Source: Thalia democratica (taxonomy: Eukaryota). Taken from it: a DNA stretch of 64,000 bases. The stretch is taken from positions 744,001 through 808,000 of the forward strand of contig OZ241834.1 of assembly GCA_965202585.1 (NCBI GenBank), read 5' to 3'. The notes below the pieces were generated by a model. It was not told the origin of the DNA and did no database searches. It saw only the letters and a list, made by a program, of their open reading frames with translations. Both the position numbers and the translations under genes were made by a program. Shown here one piece after another: positions 1 through 14,990 of this stretch (its first letter is position 1; every line of letters starts with the position of its first letter).

Positions 1-3000
1 GCGTGGGGTACGAAAAATGACTCGTATAATAGCGCAAATGTACCGAGGTAACGGTGCATTTCTGCAAAGAACAGATAGCAATAAAAGGCGGAAAGAGCTC
101 CAATATAAACATGGATTGTAACAATAAGCAAAGTTGACCAACTTTAAACCAATTGACCCACTCAAGGGTAAGAGTAAATTTGAGAAAATGAATTACTTAT
201 GAGTAAATGCAGTACCTTCGTAAAGTGTTCGATAGTGTCAACCATCTCAAGTTAGTCGAGGTGTTGTATTCGCGTGGGGTACGAAAAATGACTCGTATAA
301 TAGCGCAAATGTACCGAGGTAACGATGCACTTCTGCAAAGAACAGATAGCAATAAAAAGTGGAAAGAACTCCAATATAACCATGGATTGTAACAGGAGGC
401 AAAATTGACCAACTTTAAACCAGTTGACCCACTCAAGGGTAAGAGTAAATTTGAGAAAATGAATTACTTATGAGTAAATGGAGTACCTTCGTAAAGTGTT
501 CGATAGTGTCAACCATCTCAAGATAGTCGAGGTGTTAAATTCGCGTGGGGTACGAAAAATGACTCGTATAATACCGCAAATGTACCGAGGTAACGGTGCA
601 TTTCTGCAAAGAACAGATAGCAATAAAAGGCGGAAAGAGCTCCAATATAAACATGGATTGTAACAATAAGCAAAGTTGACCAACTTTAAACCAGTTGACC
701 CACTCAAGGGTAAGAGTAAATTTGAGAAAATGAAATACTTATGAGTAAATGGAGTACCTTCGTAAAACGTTCGATAGTGTCAACCATCTCAAGAGAGTCG
801 AGGTGTTGAATTCGCGTGGGGTACGAAAAATGACTCGTATAATAGCGCAAATGTACCGAGGTAACGGTGCATTTCTGCAAAGAACAGATAGCAATAAAAG
901 GCGGAAAGAGCTCCAATATAAACATGGATTGTAACAATAAGCAAAGTTGACCAACTTTAAACCAGTTGACCAACTCAAGGGTAAGAGTAAATTTGATAAA
1001 ATGAATTACTTATGAGTAAATGGAGTACCTTCGTAAAACGTTCGATAGTGTCAACCATCTCAAGAGAGTCGAGGTGTTGAATTCGCGTGGGGTACGAAAA
1101 ATGACTCGTATAATAGCGCAAATGTACCGAGGTAACGGTGCATTTCTGCAAAGAACAGATTACAATAAAAGGCGGAAAGAGCTCCAATATAAACATGGAT
1201 TGTAACAGGAGGCAAAGTTGACCAACTTTAAACCAGTTGACCCACTCAAGGGTAAGAGTAAATTTGAGAAAATGAATTACTTATGAGTAAATGGAGTACC
1301 TTCGTAAAGTGTTCGATAGTGTCAACCATCTCAAGATAGTCGAGGTGTTAATTTGCGTGGGGTACGAAAAATGACTCGTATAATAGCGCAAATGTACCGA
1401 TGTAACGGTGCATTTCTGCAAATAACAGATAGCAATAAAAGGCGGAAAGAGCTCCAATATAAACATGGATTGTAACAGGAGGCAAAGTTGACCAACTTTA
1501 AACCAGTTGACCCACTCAAGGGTAAGAGTAAATTTGAGAAAATGAATTACTTATGAGTAAATGGAGTACCTTCGTAAAGTGTTCGATAGTGTCAACCATC
1601 TCAAGATAGTCGAGGTGTTAATTTGCGTGGGGTACGAAAAATGACTCGTATAATAGCGCAAATGTACCGATGTAACGGTGCATTTCTGCAAAGAACAGAT
1701 AGCAATAAAAGGCGGAAAGAGCTCAAATATTAACATGGATTGTAACAATAAGCAAAGTTGACCAACTTTAAACCAGTTGACCAACTCAAGGGTAAGAGTA
1801 AATTTGAGAAAATGAATTACTTATGAGTAAATGGAGTACCTTCGTAAAGTGTTCGATAGTGTCAACCATCTCAAGATAGTCGAGGTGTTGTATTCGCGTG
1901 GGGTACGAAAAATGACTCGTATAATAGCGCAAATGTACCGAGGTAACGGTGCATTTCTGCAAAGAACAGATAGCAATAAAAGGCGGAAAGAGCTCCAATA
2001 TAAACATGGATTGTAACAATAAGCAAAGTTGACCAACTTTAAACCAGTTGACCAACTCAAGGGTAAGAGTAAATTTGATAAAATGAATTACTTATGAGTT
2101 AATGCAGTACCTTCGTAAAGTGTTCGATAGTGTAAACCATCTCAAGATAGTCGAGGTGTTGTATTCGCGTGGGGTACGAAAAATGACTCGTACAATAGCG
2201 CAAATGTACCGAGGTAACAGTGCATTTCTGCAAAGAACAGATAGCATTAAAAGGCGGAAAGAGCTCCAATATAAACATGGATTGTAACAGGAAGCAAAAT
2301 TGACCAACTTTAAACCAGTTGACCCACTCAAGGGTAAGAGTAAATTTGAGAAAATGAATTACTTATGAGTAAATGGAGTACCTTCGTAAAGTGTTCGATA
2401 GTGTCAACCATCTCAAGATAGTCGAGGTGTTGAAATCGCATGGGGTCCCAAGCAAAATAACTCGAATAATAGCGCAAATGAACCGAGGTAATGGTGCATT
2501 TCTGCAAAGAACAGATAGCAATAAAAGGCGGAAAGAGCTCCAATATTAACATAGATTATAACAATAAGCAAAGTTGACCAACTTTAAACCAGTTGACCCA
2601 CTCAAGGGTAAGAGTATATTTGAGAAAATTAACTACTTATGAGTAAATGGAATACCTTCGTAAAGTGTTCGATAGTGTCAACCATCTCAAGATAGTCGAG
2701 GTGTTGAATTCGCGTGGGGTACGAAAAATGACTCGTATAATAGCGCAAATGTACCGAGGTAACGGTGCATTTCTGCAAAGAACAGATAGCAATAAAAGGC
2801 GGAAAGAGCTCCAATATAAACATGGATTGTAACAATAAGCAAAGTTGACCAACTTTAAACCAGTTGACCCACTCAAGGGTAAGAGTAAATTTGATAAAAT
2901 GAATTACTTATGAGTAAATGGAGTACCTTCGTAAAGTGTTCGATAGTGTCAATCATCTCAAGATAGTCGAGGTGTTGAATTCGCGTGGGGTACGAAAAAT

Positions 3001-6000
3001 GACTCGTATAATAGCGCAAATGTACCGAGGTAACGGTGCATTTCTGCAAATAACAAATAGCAATAAAAGGCGGAAAGAGCTCAAATATTAACATGGATTG
3101 TAACAGAAAGCAAAATTGACCAACTTTAAACCAGTTGACCCACTCAAGGGTAAGAGTAAATTTGAGAAAATGAATTACTTATGAGTAAATGGAGTACCTT
3201 CGTAAAGTGTTCGATAGTGTCAACCATCTCAAGATGGTCGAAGTGTTGAATTCGCGTGGGGTACGAAAAATGACTCGTATAATAGCGCAAATGTACCGAG
3301 GTAACGGTGCATTTCTGCAAAGAACAGATAGCAATAAAAGGCGGAAAGAGCTCCAATATAAACATGGATTGTAACAATAAGCAAAGTTGACCAACTTTAA
3401 ACCAGTTGACCAACTCAAGGGTAAGAGTAAATTTGAGAAAATGAATTACTTATGAGTAAATGGAGTACCTTCGTAAAGTGTTCGATAGTGTCAACCATCT
3501 CAAGATAGTCGAGGTGTTGAATTCGCGTGGGGTACGAAAAATGACTCGTACAATAGCGCAAATGTACCGAGGTAACGGTGCATTTCTGCAAAGAACAGAT
3601 AGCATTAAAAGGCGGAAAGAGCTCCAATATAAACATGGATTGTAACAGGAAGCAAAATTGACCAACTTTAAACCAGTTGACCCACTCAAGGGTAAGAGTA
3701 AATTTGAGAAAATGAATTACTTATGAGTAAATGGAGTACCTTCGTAAAGTGTTCGATAGTGTCAACCATCTCAAGTTAGTCGAGGTGTTGAATTTGCGTG
3801 GGGTACGAAAAATGACTCGTATAATAGCGCAAATGTACCGAGGTAACGGTGCATTTCTGCAAAGAGCAGATAGCAATAAAAGGCGGAAAGAGCTCCAATA
3901 TAAACATGGATTGTAACAATAAGCAAAGTTGACCAACTTTAAACCAGTTGACCAACTCAAGGGTAAGAGTAAATTTGAGAAAATGAATTACTTATGAGTA
4001 AATGGAGTACCTTCGTAAAGTGTTCGATAGTGTCAACCATCTCAAGATAGTCGAGGTGTTGAATTCGCGTGGGGTACGAAAAATGACTCGTACAATAGCG
4101 CAAATGTACCGAGGTAACGGTGCATTTCTGCAAAGAACAGATAGCAATAAAAATCGGAAAGAGCTCCAATATAAACATAGATTGTAACAATAAGCAAAGT
4201 TGACCAACTTTAAACCAGTTGACCCACTCAAGGGTAAGAGTAAATTTGAGAAAATGAAATACTTATGAGTAAATGGAGTACCTTCGTAAAGTGTTCGATA
4301 GTGTCAACCATCTCAAGATAGTCGAGGTGTTGAATTCGCGTGGGGTACGAAAAATAACTTGTATAATAGCGCAAATGTACCGAGGTAACGGTGCATTTCT
4401 GCAAATAACAGATAGCAATAAAAGGCGGAAAGAGCTCCAATATAAACATGGATTGTAACAATAAGCAAAGTTGACCAACTTTAAACCAATTGACCCACTC
4501 AAGGGTAAGAGTAAATTTGAGAAAATGAAATACTTATGAGTAAATGGAGTACCTTCGTAAAGTGTTCGATAGTGTCAACCATCTCAAGATAGTCGAGGTG
4601 TTGAATTCGCGTGGGGTACGAAAAATGACTCGTATAATAGCGCAAATGTACCGAGGTAACGGTGCATTTCTGCAAATAACAGATAGCAATAAAAGGCGGA
4701 AAGAGCTCCAATATAAACATGGATTGTAACAATAAGCAAAGTTGACCAACTTTAAACCAGTTGACCCACTCAAGGGTAAGAGTAAATTTGAGAAAATGAA
4801 TTACTTATGAGTAAATGGAGTACCTTCGTAAAGTGTTCGATAGTGTCAACCATCTCAAGATAGTCGAGGTGTTAATTTGCGTGGGGTACGAAAAATGACT
4901 CGTATAATAGCGCAAATGTACCGAGGTAACGGTGCATTTCTGCAAATAACAGATAGCAATAAAAGGCGGAAAGAGCTCCAATATAAACATAGATTGTAAC
5001 AATAAGCAAAGTTGACCAACTTTAAACCAGTTGACCCACTCAAGGGTAAGAGTAAATTTGAGAAAATGAATTACTTATGAGCAAATGGAGTACCTTCGTA
5101 AAGTGTTCGATAGTGTCAACCATCTCAAGATAGTCGAGGTGTTGAATTCGCGTGGGGTACGAAAAATGACTCGTATAATAGCGCAAATGTACCGAGGTAA
5201 CGGTGCATTTCTGCAAATAACAGATAGCAATAAAAGGCGGAAAGAGCTCCAATATAAACATGGATTGTAACAATAAGCAAAGTTGACCAACTTTAAACCA
5301 GTTGACCCACTCAAGGGTAAGAGTAAATTTGAGAAAATGAATTACTTATGAGTAAATGGAGTACCTTCGTAAAGTGTTCGATAGTGTCAACCATCTCAAG
5401 ATAGTCGAGGTGTTGAATTCGCGTGGGGTACGAAAAATGACTCGTATAATAGCGCAAATGTACCGAGGTAACGGTGCATTTCTTTAAAGAACAGATAGCA
5501 ATAAAAGGCGAAAGAGCTCCATAGATTGTAACAATAAGCAAAATTGACCAACAATAAACCAATTGACCCACTCAAGGGTAAGAGTAAATTTGAGAAAATG
5601 AATTACTTATGAGTAAATTGAATTCCTTCGTAAAGTGTTCGATAGTGTAAACCATCTCAAGATAGTCGAGGTGTTGAATTCGCGTGGGGTACGAAAAATG
5701 ACTCGTATAATAGCGCAAATGTACCGAGGTAACGGTGCATTTCTGCAAAGAACAGATAGCAATAAAAGGCGGAAAGAGCTCCAATATAAACATGGATTGT
5801 AACAATAAGCAAAGTTGACCAACTTTAAACCAATTGACCCACTCAAGGGTAAGAGTAAATTTGAGAAAATGAAATACTTATGAGTAAATGGAGTACCTTC
5901 GTAAAGTGTTCGATAGTGTCAACCATCTCAAGATAGTCGAGGTGTTGAATTCGCGTGGGGTACGAAAAATGACTCGTATAATAGCGCAAATGTACCGAGG

Positions 6001-9000
6001 TAACGGTGCATTTCTGCAAATAACAGATAGCAATAAAAGGCGGAAAGAGCTCCAATATAAACATGGATTGTAACAGGAAGCAAAGTTGACCAACTTTAAA
6101 CCAGTTGACCCACTCAAGGGTAAGAGTAAATTTGAGAAAATGAATTACTTATGAGTAAATGGAGTACCTTCGTAAAGTGTTCGATAGTGTCAACCATCTC
6201 AAGATAGTCGAGGTGTTAAATTCGCGTGGGGTACGAAAAATGACTCGTATAATAGCGCAAATGTACCGAGGTAACGGTGCATTTCTGCAAAGAACAGATT
6301 ACAATAAAAGGCGGAAAGAGCTCCAATATAAACATGGATTGTAACAGGAGGCAAAGTTGACCAACTTTAAACTAGTTGACCCACTCAAGGGTAAGAGTAA
6401 ATTTGAGAAAATGAAACACTTATGAGTAAATGGAGTACCTTCGTAAAGTGTTCGATAGTGTCAACCATCTCAAGATAGTCGAGGTGTTGAATTCGCGTGG
6501 GGTACGAAAAATGACTCGTACAATAGCACAAATGTACCGAGGTAACGGTGCATTTCTGCAAAGAACAGATAGCAATAAAAGGCGGAAAGAGCTCCAATAT
6601 AAACATAGATTGTAACAATAAGCAAAGTTGACCAACTTTAAACCAGTTGACCAATTTAAGGGTAAGAGTAAATTTGAGAAAATGAATTACTTATGAGTAA
6701 ATGGAGTACCTTCGTAAAACGTTCGATAGTGTCAACCATCTCAAGATAGTCGAGGTGTTGAATTCGCGTGGAGTATGCAAAATGAGTATAATAGCGCATA
6801 TGTACAAAGGTAACGGTGCATTTCTGCAAAGAACAGATAACAATAAAAGGCGGAAAGAGCTCCAATATAAACATGGATTGTAACAATAAGCAAAGTTGAC
6901 CAACTTTAAACCAGTTGACCAACTCAAGGGTAAGAGTAAATTTGAGAAAATGAATTACTATGAGTAAATGGAGTACCTTCGTAAAGTGTTCGATAGTGTC
7001 AACCATCTCAAGATAGTCGAGGTGTTGAATTCGCGTGGGGTACGAAAAATGACTCGTATAATAGCGTATATGAGGTATAGGTGCAATTCTGTCACGAAAA
7101 GAACGAATAGCAATAGAACGGGGAAAGAGTTCCAAAAGAAACATGGATTGTAACAGGAGGCAAAGTTGACCAACTTTAAACCAGTTGACCCACTCAAGGG
7201 TAAGAGTAAATTTGAGAAAATGAATTACTTATGAGTAAATGGAGTACCTTCGTAAAGTGTTCGATAGTGTCAACCATCTCAAGATAGTCGAGGTGTTGAA
7301 TTCGCGTGGGGTACAAAAAATGACTCGAATAATAGCGCAAATGTACCGAGGTAACGGTGCATTTCTGCAAAGAACAGATAGCAATAAAAGGCGGAAAGAG
7401 CTCCAATATAAACATGGATTGTAACAATAAGCAAAGTTGACCAACTTTAAACCAGTTGACCAACTCAAGGGTAAGAGTAAATTTGAGAAAATGAATTACT
7501 TATGAGTAAATGGAGTACCTTCGTAAAACGTTCGATAGTGTCAACCATCTCAAGATAGTCGAGGTGTTGAATTCGCGTGGAGTATGCAAAATGAGTATAA
7601 TAGCGCATATGTACAAAGGTAACGGTGCATTTCTGCAAAGAACAGATAACAATAAAAGGCGGAAAGAGCTCCAATATAAACATGGATTGTAACAATAAGC
7701 AAAGTTGACCAACTTTAAACCAGTTGACCAACTCAAGGGTAAGAGTAAATTTGAGAAAATGAATTACTATGAGTAAATGGAGTACCTTCGTAAAGTGTTC
7801 GATAGTGTCAACCATCTCAAGATAGTCGAGGTGTTGAATTCGCGTGGGGTACGAAAAATGACTCGTATAATAGCGTATATGAGGTATAGGTGCAATTCTG
7901 TCACGAAAAGAACGAATAGCAATAGAACGGGGAAAGAGTTCCAAAAGAAACATGGATTGTAACAGGAGGCAAAGTTGACCAACTTTAAACCAGTTGACCC
8001 ACTCAAGGGTAAGAGTAAATTTGAGAAAATGAATTACTTATGAGTAAATGGGGTACCTTCGTAAAGTGTTCGATAGTGTCAACCATCTCAAGATAGTCGA
8101 GGTGTTGAATTCGCGTGGGGTACGAAAAATGACTCGTATAATAGCGCAAATGTACCGAGGTAACGGTGCATTTCTGCAAAGAACAGATGGCAATAAAAGA
8201 CGGAAAGAGCTCAAATATAAACATGGATTGTAACAGGAAGCAAAGTTGACAAAATTTAAACCAGTTGACCCACTCAAGGGTAAGAGTAAATTTGATAAAA
8301 TGAATTACTTATGAGTAAATGGAGTACCTTCGTAAAGTGTTCGATAGTGTCAACCATCTCAAGATAGTCGAGGTGTTGTATTCGCGTGGGGTATGAAAAA
8401 TGACTCGTATAATAGCACAAATGTACCGAGGTAACGGTGCATTTCTGCAAAGAACAGATAGCAATAAAAGGCGGAAAGAGCTCCAATATAAACATGGATT
8501 GTAACAGGAAGCAAAGTTGAAAAAATTTAAACCAGTTGACCCACTCAAGGGTAAGAGTAAATTTGAGAAAATGAATTACTTATGAGTAAATGGAGTACCT
8601 TCGTAAAGTGTTCGATAGTGTCAACCATCTCAAGATAGTCGAGTTGTTAATTTGCGTGGGGTACGAAAAATGACTCGTATAATAGCGCATATGTACCGAG
8701 GTAACGGTGCATTTCTGCAAAGAACGGATAGCAATAAAAGGCGGAAAGAGCTCCAATATAAACATGGATTGTAACAGAAGGCAAAGTTGACCAACTTTAA
8801 ACCAGTTGACCCACTCAAGGGTAAGAGTAAATTTGAGAAAATGAATTACTTATGAGTAAATGGAGTACCTTCGTAAAGTGTTCGATAGTGTCAACCATCT
8901 CAAGATAGTCGAGGTGTTGAATTTGCGTGGGGTACGAAAAATGACTCGTATAATAGCGCAAATGTACCGAGGTAACGGTGCATTTCTGCAAAGAACAGAT

Positions 9001-12000
9001 AGCAATAAAAGGCGGAAAGAGCTCCAATATAAACATGGATTGTAACAATAAGCAAAGTTGACCAACTTTAAACCAGTTGACCAACTCAAGGGTAAGAGTA
9101 AATTTGATAAAATGAATTACTTATGAGTAAATGCAGTACCTTCGTAAAGTGTTCGATAGTGTCAACCATCTCAAGATAGTCGAGGTGTTGAATTCGCGTG
9201 GGGTACGAAAAATGACTCGTATAATAGCGCAAATGTACCGAGGTAACGGTGCATTTCTGCAAAGAACAGATAGCAATAAAAGGCGGAAAGAGCTCAAATA
9301 TAAACATGGATTGTAACAGGAAGCAAAGTTGACCAACTTTAAACCAGTTGACCCACTCAAGGGTAAGAGTAAATTTGAGAAAATGAATTACTTATGAGTA
9401 AATGGAGTACCTTCGTAAAGTGTTCGATAGTGTCAACCATCTCAAGATAGTCGAGGTGTTGAATTCGCGTGGGGTACAAAAAATGACTCGAATAATAGCG
9501 CAAATGTACCGAGGTAACGGTGCATTTCTGCAAATAACAGATAGCAATAAAAGGCGGAAAGAGCTCCAATATAAACATGGATTGTAACAATAAGCAAAGT
9601 TGACCAACTTTAAACCAGTTGACCAACTCAAGGGTAAGAGTAAATTTGATAAAATGAATTACTTATGAGTAAATGCAGTACCTTCGTAAAGTGTTCGATA
9701 GTGTCAACCATCTCAAGATAGTCGAGGTGTTAAATTCGCGTGGGGTACGAAAAATGACTCGTATAATAGCGCAAATGTACCGAGGTAACGGTGCATTTCT
9801 GCAAAGAACAGATAGCAATAAAAGGCGGAAAGAGCTCCAATATAAACATGGATTGTAACAATAAGCAAAGTTGACCAACTTTAAACCAATTGACCCACTC
9901 AAGGGTAAGAGTAAATTTGAGAAAATGAAATATTTATGAGTAAATGGAGTACCTTCGTAAAGTGTTCGATAATGTCAACCATCTCAAGATAGTCGAGGTG
10001 TTAAATTCGCGTGGGGTACGAAAAATGACTCGTATAATAGCGCAAATGTACCGAGGTAACGGTGCATTTCTGCAAAGAACAGATAGCAATAAAAGGCGGA
10101 AAGAGCTCCAATATAAACATGGATTGTAACAATAAGCAAAGTTGACCAACTTTAAACCAATTGACCCACTCAAGGGTAAGAGTAAATTTGAGAAAATGAA
10201 TTACTTATGAGTAAATGCAGTACCTTCGTAAAGTGTTCGATAGTGTCAACCATCTCAAGTTAGTCGAGGTGTTGAATTCGCGTGGGGTACGAAAAATGAC
10301 TCGTATAATAGCGCAAATGTACCGAGGTAACGGTGCATTTCTGCAAAGAACAGATAGCAATAAAAGGCGGAAAGAGCTCCAATATAAACATGGATTGTAA
10401 CAATAAGCAAAGTTGACCAACTTTAAACCAGTTGACCAACTCAAGGGTAAGAGTAAATTTGATAAAATGAATTACTTATGAGTAAATGGAGTACCTTCGT
10501 AAAACGTTCGATAGTGTCAACCATCTCAAGATAGTCGAGGTGTTGAATTCGCGTGGGGTACGAAAAATGACTCGTACAATAGCGCAAATGTACCGAGGTA
10601 ATGGTGCATTTCTGCAAAGAACAGATAGCAATAAAAGGCGGAAAGAGCTCCAATATTAACATAGATTGTAACAATAAGCAAAGTTGACCAACTTTAAACC
10701 AGTTGACCCACTCAAGGGTAAGAGTATATTTGAGAAAATTAACTACTTATGAGTAAATGGAATACCTTCGTAAAGTGTTCGATAGTGTCAACCATCTCAA
10801 GATAGTCGAGGTGTTGAATTCGCGTGGGGTACGAAAAATGACTCGTATAATAGCGCAAATGTACCGAGGTAACGGTGCATTTCTGCAAAGAACAGATAGC
10901 AATAAAAGGCGGAAAGAGCTCCAATATAAACATGGATTGTAACAATAAGCAAAGTTGACCAACTTTAAACCAATTGACCCACTCAAGGGTAAGAGTAAAT
11001 TTGAGAAAATGAATTACTTATGAATAAATGGAGTACCTTCGTAAAGTGTTCGATAGTGTCAACCATCTCAAGATAGTCGAGGTGTTGTATTCGCGTGGGG
11101 TACGAAAAATGACTCGTATAATAGCGCAAATGTACCGAGGTAACGATGCATTTCTGCAAAGAACAGATAGCAATAAAAAGTGGAAAGAACTCCAATATAA
11201 CCATGGATTGTAACAGGAGGCAAAATTGACCAACTTTAAACCAGTTGACCCACTCAAGGGTAAGAGTAAATTTGATAAAATGAATTACTTATGAGTAAAT
11301 GCAGTACCTTCGTAAAGTGTTCGATAGTGTCAACCATCTCAAGATAGTCGAGGTGTTGTATTCGCGTGGGGTACGAAAAATGACTCGTATAATACCGCAA
11401 ATGTACCGAGGTAACGGTGCATTTCTGCAAAGAACAGATAGCAATAAAAGGCGGAAAGAGCTCCAATATAAACATGGATTGTAACCGGAGGCAAAGTTGA
11501 CCAACTTTAAACTAGTTGACCCACTCAAGGGTAAGAGTAAATTTGAGAAAATGAAACACTTATGAGTAAATGGAGTACCTTCGTAAAGTGTTCGATAGTG
11601 TCAACCATCTCAAGATAGTCGAGGTGTTGAATTCGCGTGGGGTACGAAAAATGACTCGTACAATAGCGCAAATGTACCGAGGTAACGGTGCATTTCTGCA
11701 AAGAACAGATAGCAATAAAAGGCGGAAAGAGCTCCAATATAAACATAGATTGTAACAATAAGCAAAGTTGACCAACTTTAAACCAGTTGACAAATTTAAG
11801 GGTAAGAGTAAATTTGAGAAAATGAATTACTTATGAGTAAATGGAGTACCTTCGTAAAACGTTCGATAGTGTCAACCATCTCAAGAGAGTCGAGGTGTTG
11901 AATTCGCGTGGGGTACGAAAAATGACTCGTATAATAGCGCAAATGTACCGAGGTAACGGTGCATTTCTGCAAAGAACAGATAGCAATAAAAGGCGGAAAG

Positions 12001-14990
12001 AGCTCCAATATAAACATGGATTGTAACAGGAGGCAAAGTTGACCAACTTTAAACCAGTTGACCCACTCAAGGGTAAGAGTAAATTTGAGAAAATGAATTA
12101 CTTATGAGTAAATGGAGTACCTTCGTAAAGTGTTCGATAGTGTCAACCATCTCAAGATAGTCGAGGTGTTAATTTGCGTGGGGTACGAAAAATGACTCGT
12201 ATAATAGCGCAAATGTACCGAGGTAACGGTGCATTTCTGCAAAGAACAGATAGCAATAAAAGGCGGAAAGAGCTCCAATATAAACATGGATTGTAACAAT
12301 AAGCAAAGTTGACCAACTTTAAACCAGTTGACCAACTCAAGGGTAAGAGTAAATTTGAGAAAATTAATTACTTATGAGTAAATGGAGTACCTTCGTAAAG
12401 TGTTCGATAGTGTCAACCATCTCAAGATAGTCGAGGTGTTGAATTCGCGTGGGGTACGAAAAATGACTCGTACAATAGCGCAAATGTACCGAGGTAACGG
12501 TGCATTTCTGCAAAGAACAGATAGCATTAAAAGGCGGAAAGAGCTCCAATATAAACATGGATTGTAACAGGAAGCAAAATTGACCAACTTTAAACCAGTT
12601 GACCCACTCAAGGGTAAGAGTAAATTTGAGAAAATGAATTACTTATGAGTAAATGGAGTACCTTCTTAAAGTGTTCGATAGTGTCAACCATCTCAAGATA
12701 GTCGAGGTGTTGAACTTGCATGGGGTCCCAAGCAAAATAACTCGAATAATAGCGCAAATGTACCGAGGTAATGGTGCATTTCTGCAAAAAACAGATAGCA
12801 ATAAAAGGCGGAAAGAGCTCCAATATTAACATGGATTGTAACAATAAGCAAAGTTGACCAACTTTAAACCAGTTGACCCACTCAAGGGTAAGAGTATATT
12901 TGAGAAAATTAACTACTTATGAGTAAATGGAATACCTTCGTAAAGTGTTCGATAGTGTCAACCATCTCAAGATAGTCGAGGTGTTGAATTCGCGTGGGGT
13001 ACGAAAAATGACTCGTATAATAGCGCAAATGTACCGAGGTAACAGTCTATTTCTTTAAAGAACAGATAGCAATAAAAGGCGGAGCTCCAATATAAACATG
13101 GATTGTAACAGGAGGCAAAGTTGACCAACTTTAAACCAGTTGACCCACTCAAGGGTAAGAGTAAATTTGATAAAATGAATTACTTATGAGTAAATGGAGT
13201 ACCTTCGTAAAGTGTTCGATAGTGTCAACCATCTCAAGATAGTCGAGGTGTTGTATTCGCGTGGGGTACGAAAAATGACTCGTATAATAGCGCAAATGTA
13301 CCGAGGTAACGGTGCATTTCTGCAAAGAACAGATAGCAATAAAAGGCGGAAAGAGCTCCAATATAAACATGGATTGTAACAATAAGCAAAGTTGACCAAC
13401 TTTAAACCAGTTGACCAACTCAAGGGTAAGAGTAAATTTGATAAAATGAATTACTTATGAGTAAATGCAGTACCTTCGTAAAGTGTTCGATAGTGTCAAC
13501 CATCTCAAGATAGTCGAGGTGTTGTATTCGCGTGGGGTACGAAAAATGACTCGTATAATAGCGCAAATGTACCGAGGTAACGATGCATTTCTGCAAAGAA
13601 CAGGTAGCAATAAAAGGCGGAAAGAGCTCCAATATAAACATGGATTGTAACAATAAGCAAAGTTGACCAACTTTAAACCAATTGACCCACTCAAGGGTAA
13701 GAGTAAATTTGAGAAAATGAATTACTTATGAGTAAATGGAGTACCTTCGTAAAGTGTTCGATAGTGTCAACTATCTCAAGATAGTCGAGGCGTTGAATTC
13801 GCGTGGGGTACGAAAAATGACTCGTATAATAGCGCAAATGTACCGAGGTAACGGTGCATTTCTGCAAAGAACAGATAGCAATAAAAGGCGGAAAGAGCTC
13901 CAATATAAATATGGATTGTAACAATAAGCAAAGTTGACCAACTTTAAACCAGTTGACCCACTCAAGGGTAAGAGTAAATTTGAGAAAATGAATTACTTAT
14001 GAGTAAATGAAGTACCTTCGTAAAACGTTCGATAGTGTCAACCATCTCAAGATAGTCGAGGTGTTAAATTCGCGTGGGGTACGAAAAATGACTCGTATAA
14101 TAGCGCAAATGTACCGAGGTAACGGTGCATTTCTGCAAAGAACAGATAACAATAAAAGGCGGAAAGAACTCCAATATAACCATGGATTGTAACAGGAGGC
14201 AAAGTTGACCAACTTTAAACCAGTTGACCCACTCAAGGGTAAGAGTAAATTTGAGAAAATGAATTACTTATGAGTAAATGAAGTACCTTCGTAAAGTGTT
14301 CGATAGTGTCAACCATCTCAAGATAGTCGAGGTGTTGTATTCGCGTGGGGTACGAAAAATGACTCGTATAATAGCGCATATGAGGTAACGGTACATTTAT
14401 GTCTCGTTAAGAACGGATAGCAATAGAACGCGGAAAGAATTCCAAAAGAAACATGAATTGTAACAGGAACCAAAAGTGATCAACTTCAAACCGGTTGAAA
14501 CACTCAAAGGTAAATTTGAGAAAATTAATTACTTATGAGTAAATGTAGTACCTTCGTAAAGCGTTCGATACTGTCAACCATCTGAAGGTTGTCTAGATGT
14601 TAAATTCGCGTGGAGTAAGCAAAATGACTCGTATAATAGCGCATATGAGGTAACGGTGCAATTATGTCACGTAATAAACGAATAGCAATAGAACGCGGAA
14701 TGACTTCCATAAGAAACATGGATTGGAACAGGATCCAAAAGTGATCAACTTTAAACCGGTTGAAACTATCAAAAGTAAATTTGAGAAAACAACTACTTAT
14801 AAGTAAATGAAGTACCTTCGTAAAGTGTTCGATAGTGTAAATCATCTGAAGGTTGTCGAGGTGTTAAATTCGCGTGGAGTATGTAAAATGACTCGTATAA
14901 TAGCGCATATGAGGTAACGGTGCAATTCTGTCACGTAATGAACGAATAGCAATAGAACGCGGAAAGAGTTCCAAAAGAAACATGGATTGT
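1..14990. repeat. 271-bp tandem satellite array (~55 monomers), open at the window start
   Basis: The unit TTATGAGTAAATGGAGTACCTTCGTAAAGTGTTCG...GAGAAAATGAATTAC recurs every 271 bp (identical ORF starts at 207, 478, 749, 1020). Monomers are highly similar; the last 2-3 (from ~14,380) are clearly more diverged. Confidence 0.98.

Noticed and set aside
197-14236. Dozens of repeated 61-aa (+) and 73-89-aa (-) ORFs as a tandem gene array
   Set aside because: They are translations of the 271-bp monomer. Single-base frameshifting deletions and stops recur freely, ORFs are open on both strands, and there is no recognisable domain or splice structure.
1-14990. Array as CRISPR, 5S rDNA, spliced-leader or snRNA gene cluster
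   Set aside because: There are no unique spacers and no cas genes, and I see no 5S, SL, Sm-site-bearing snRNA or tRNA motifs in the monomer.
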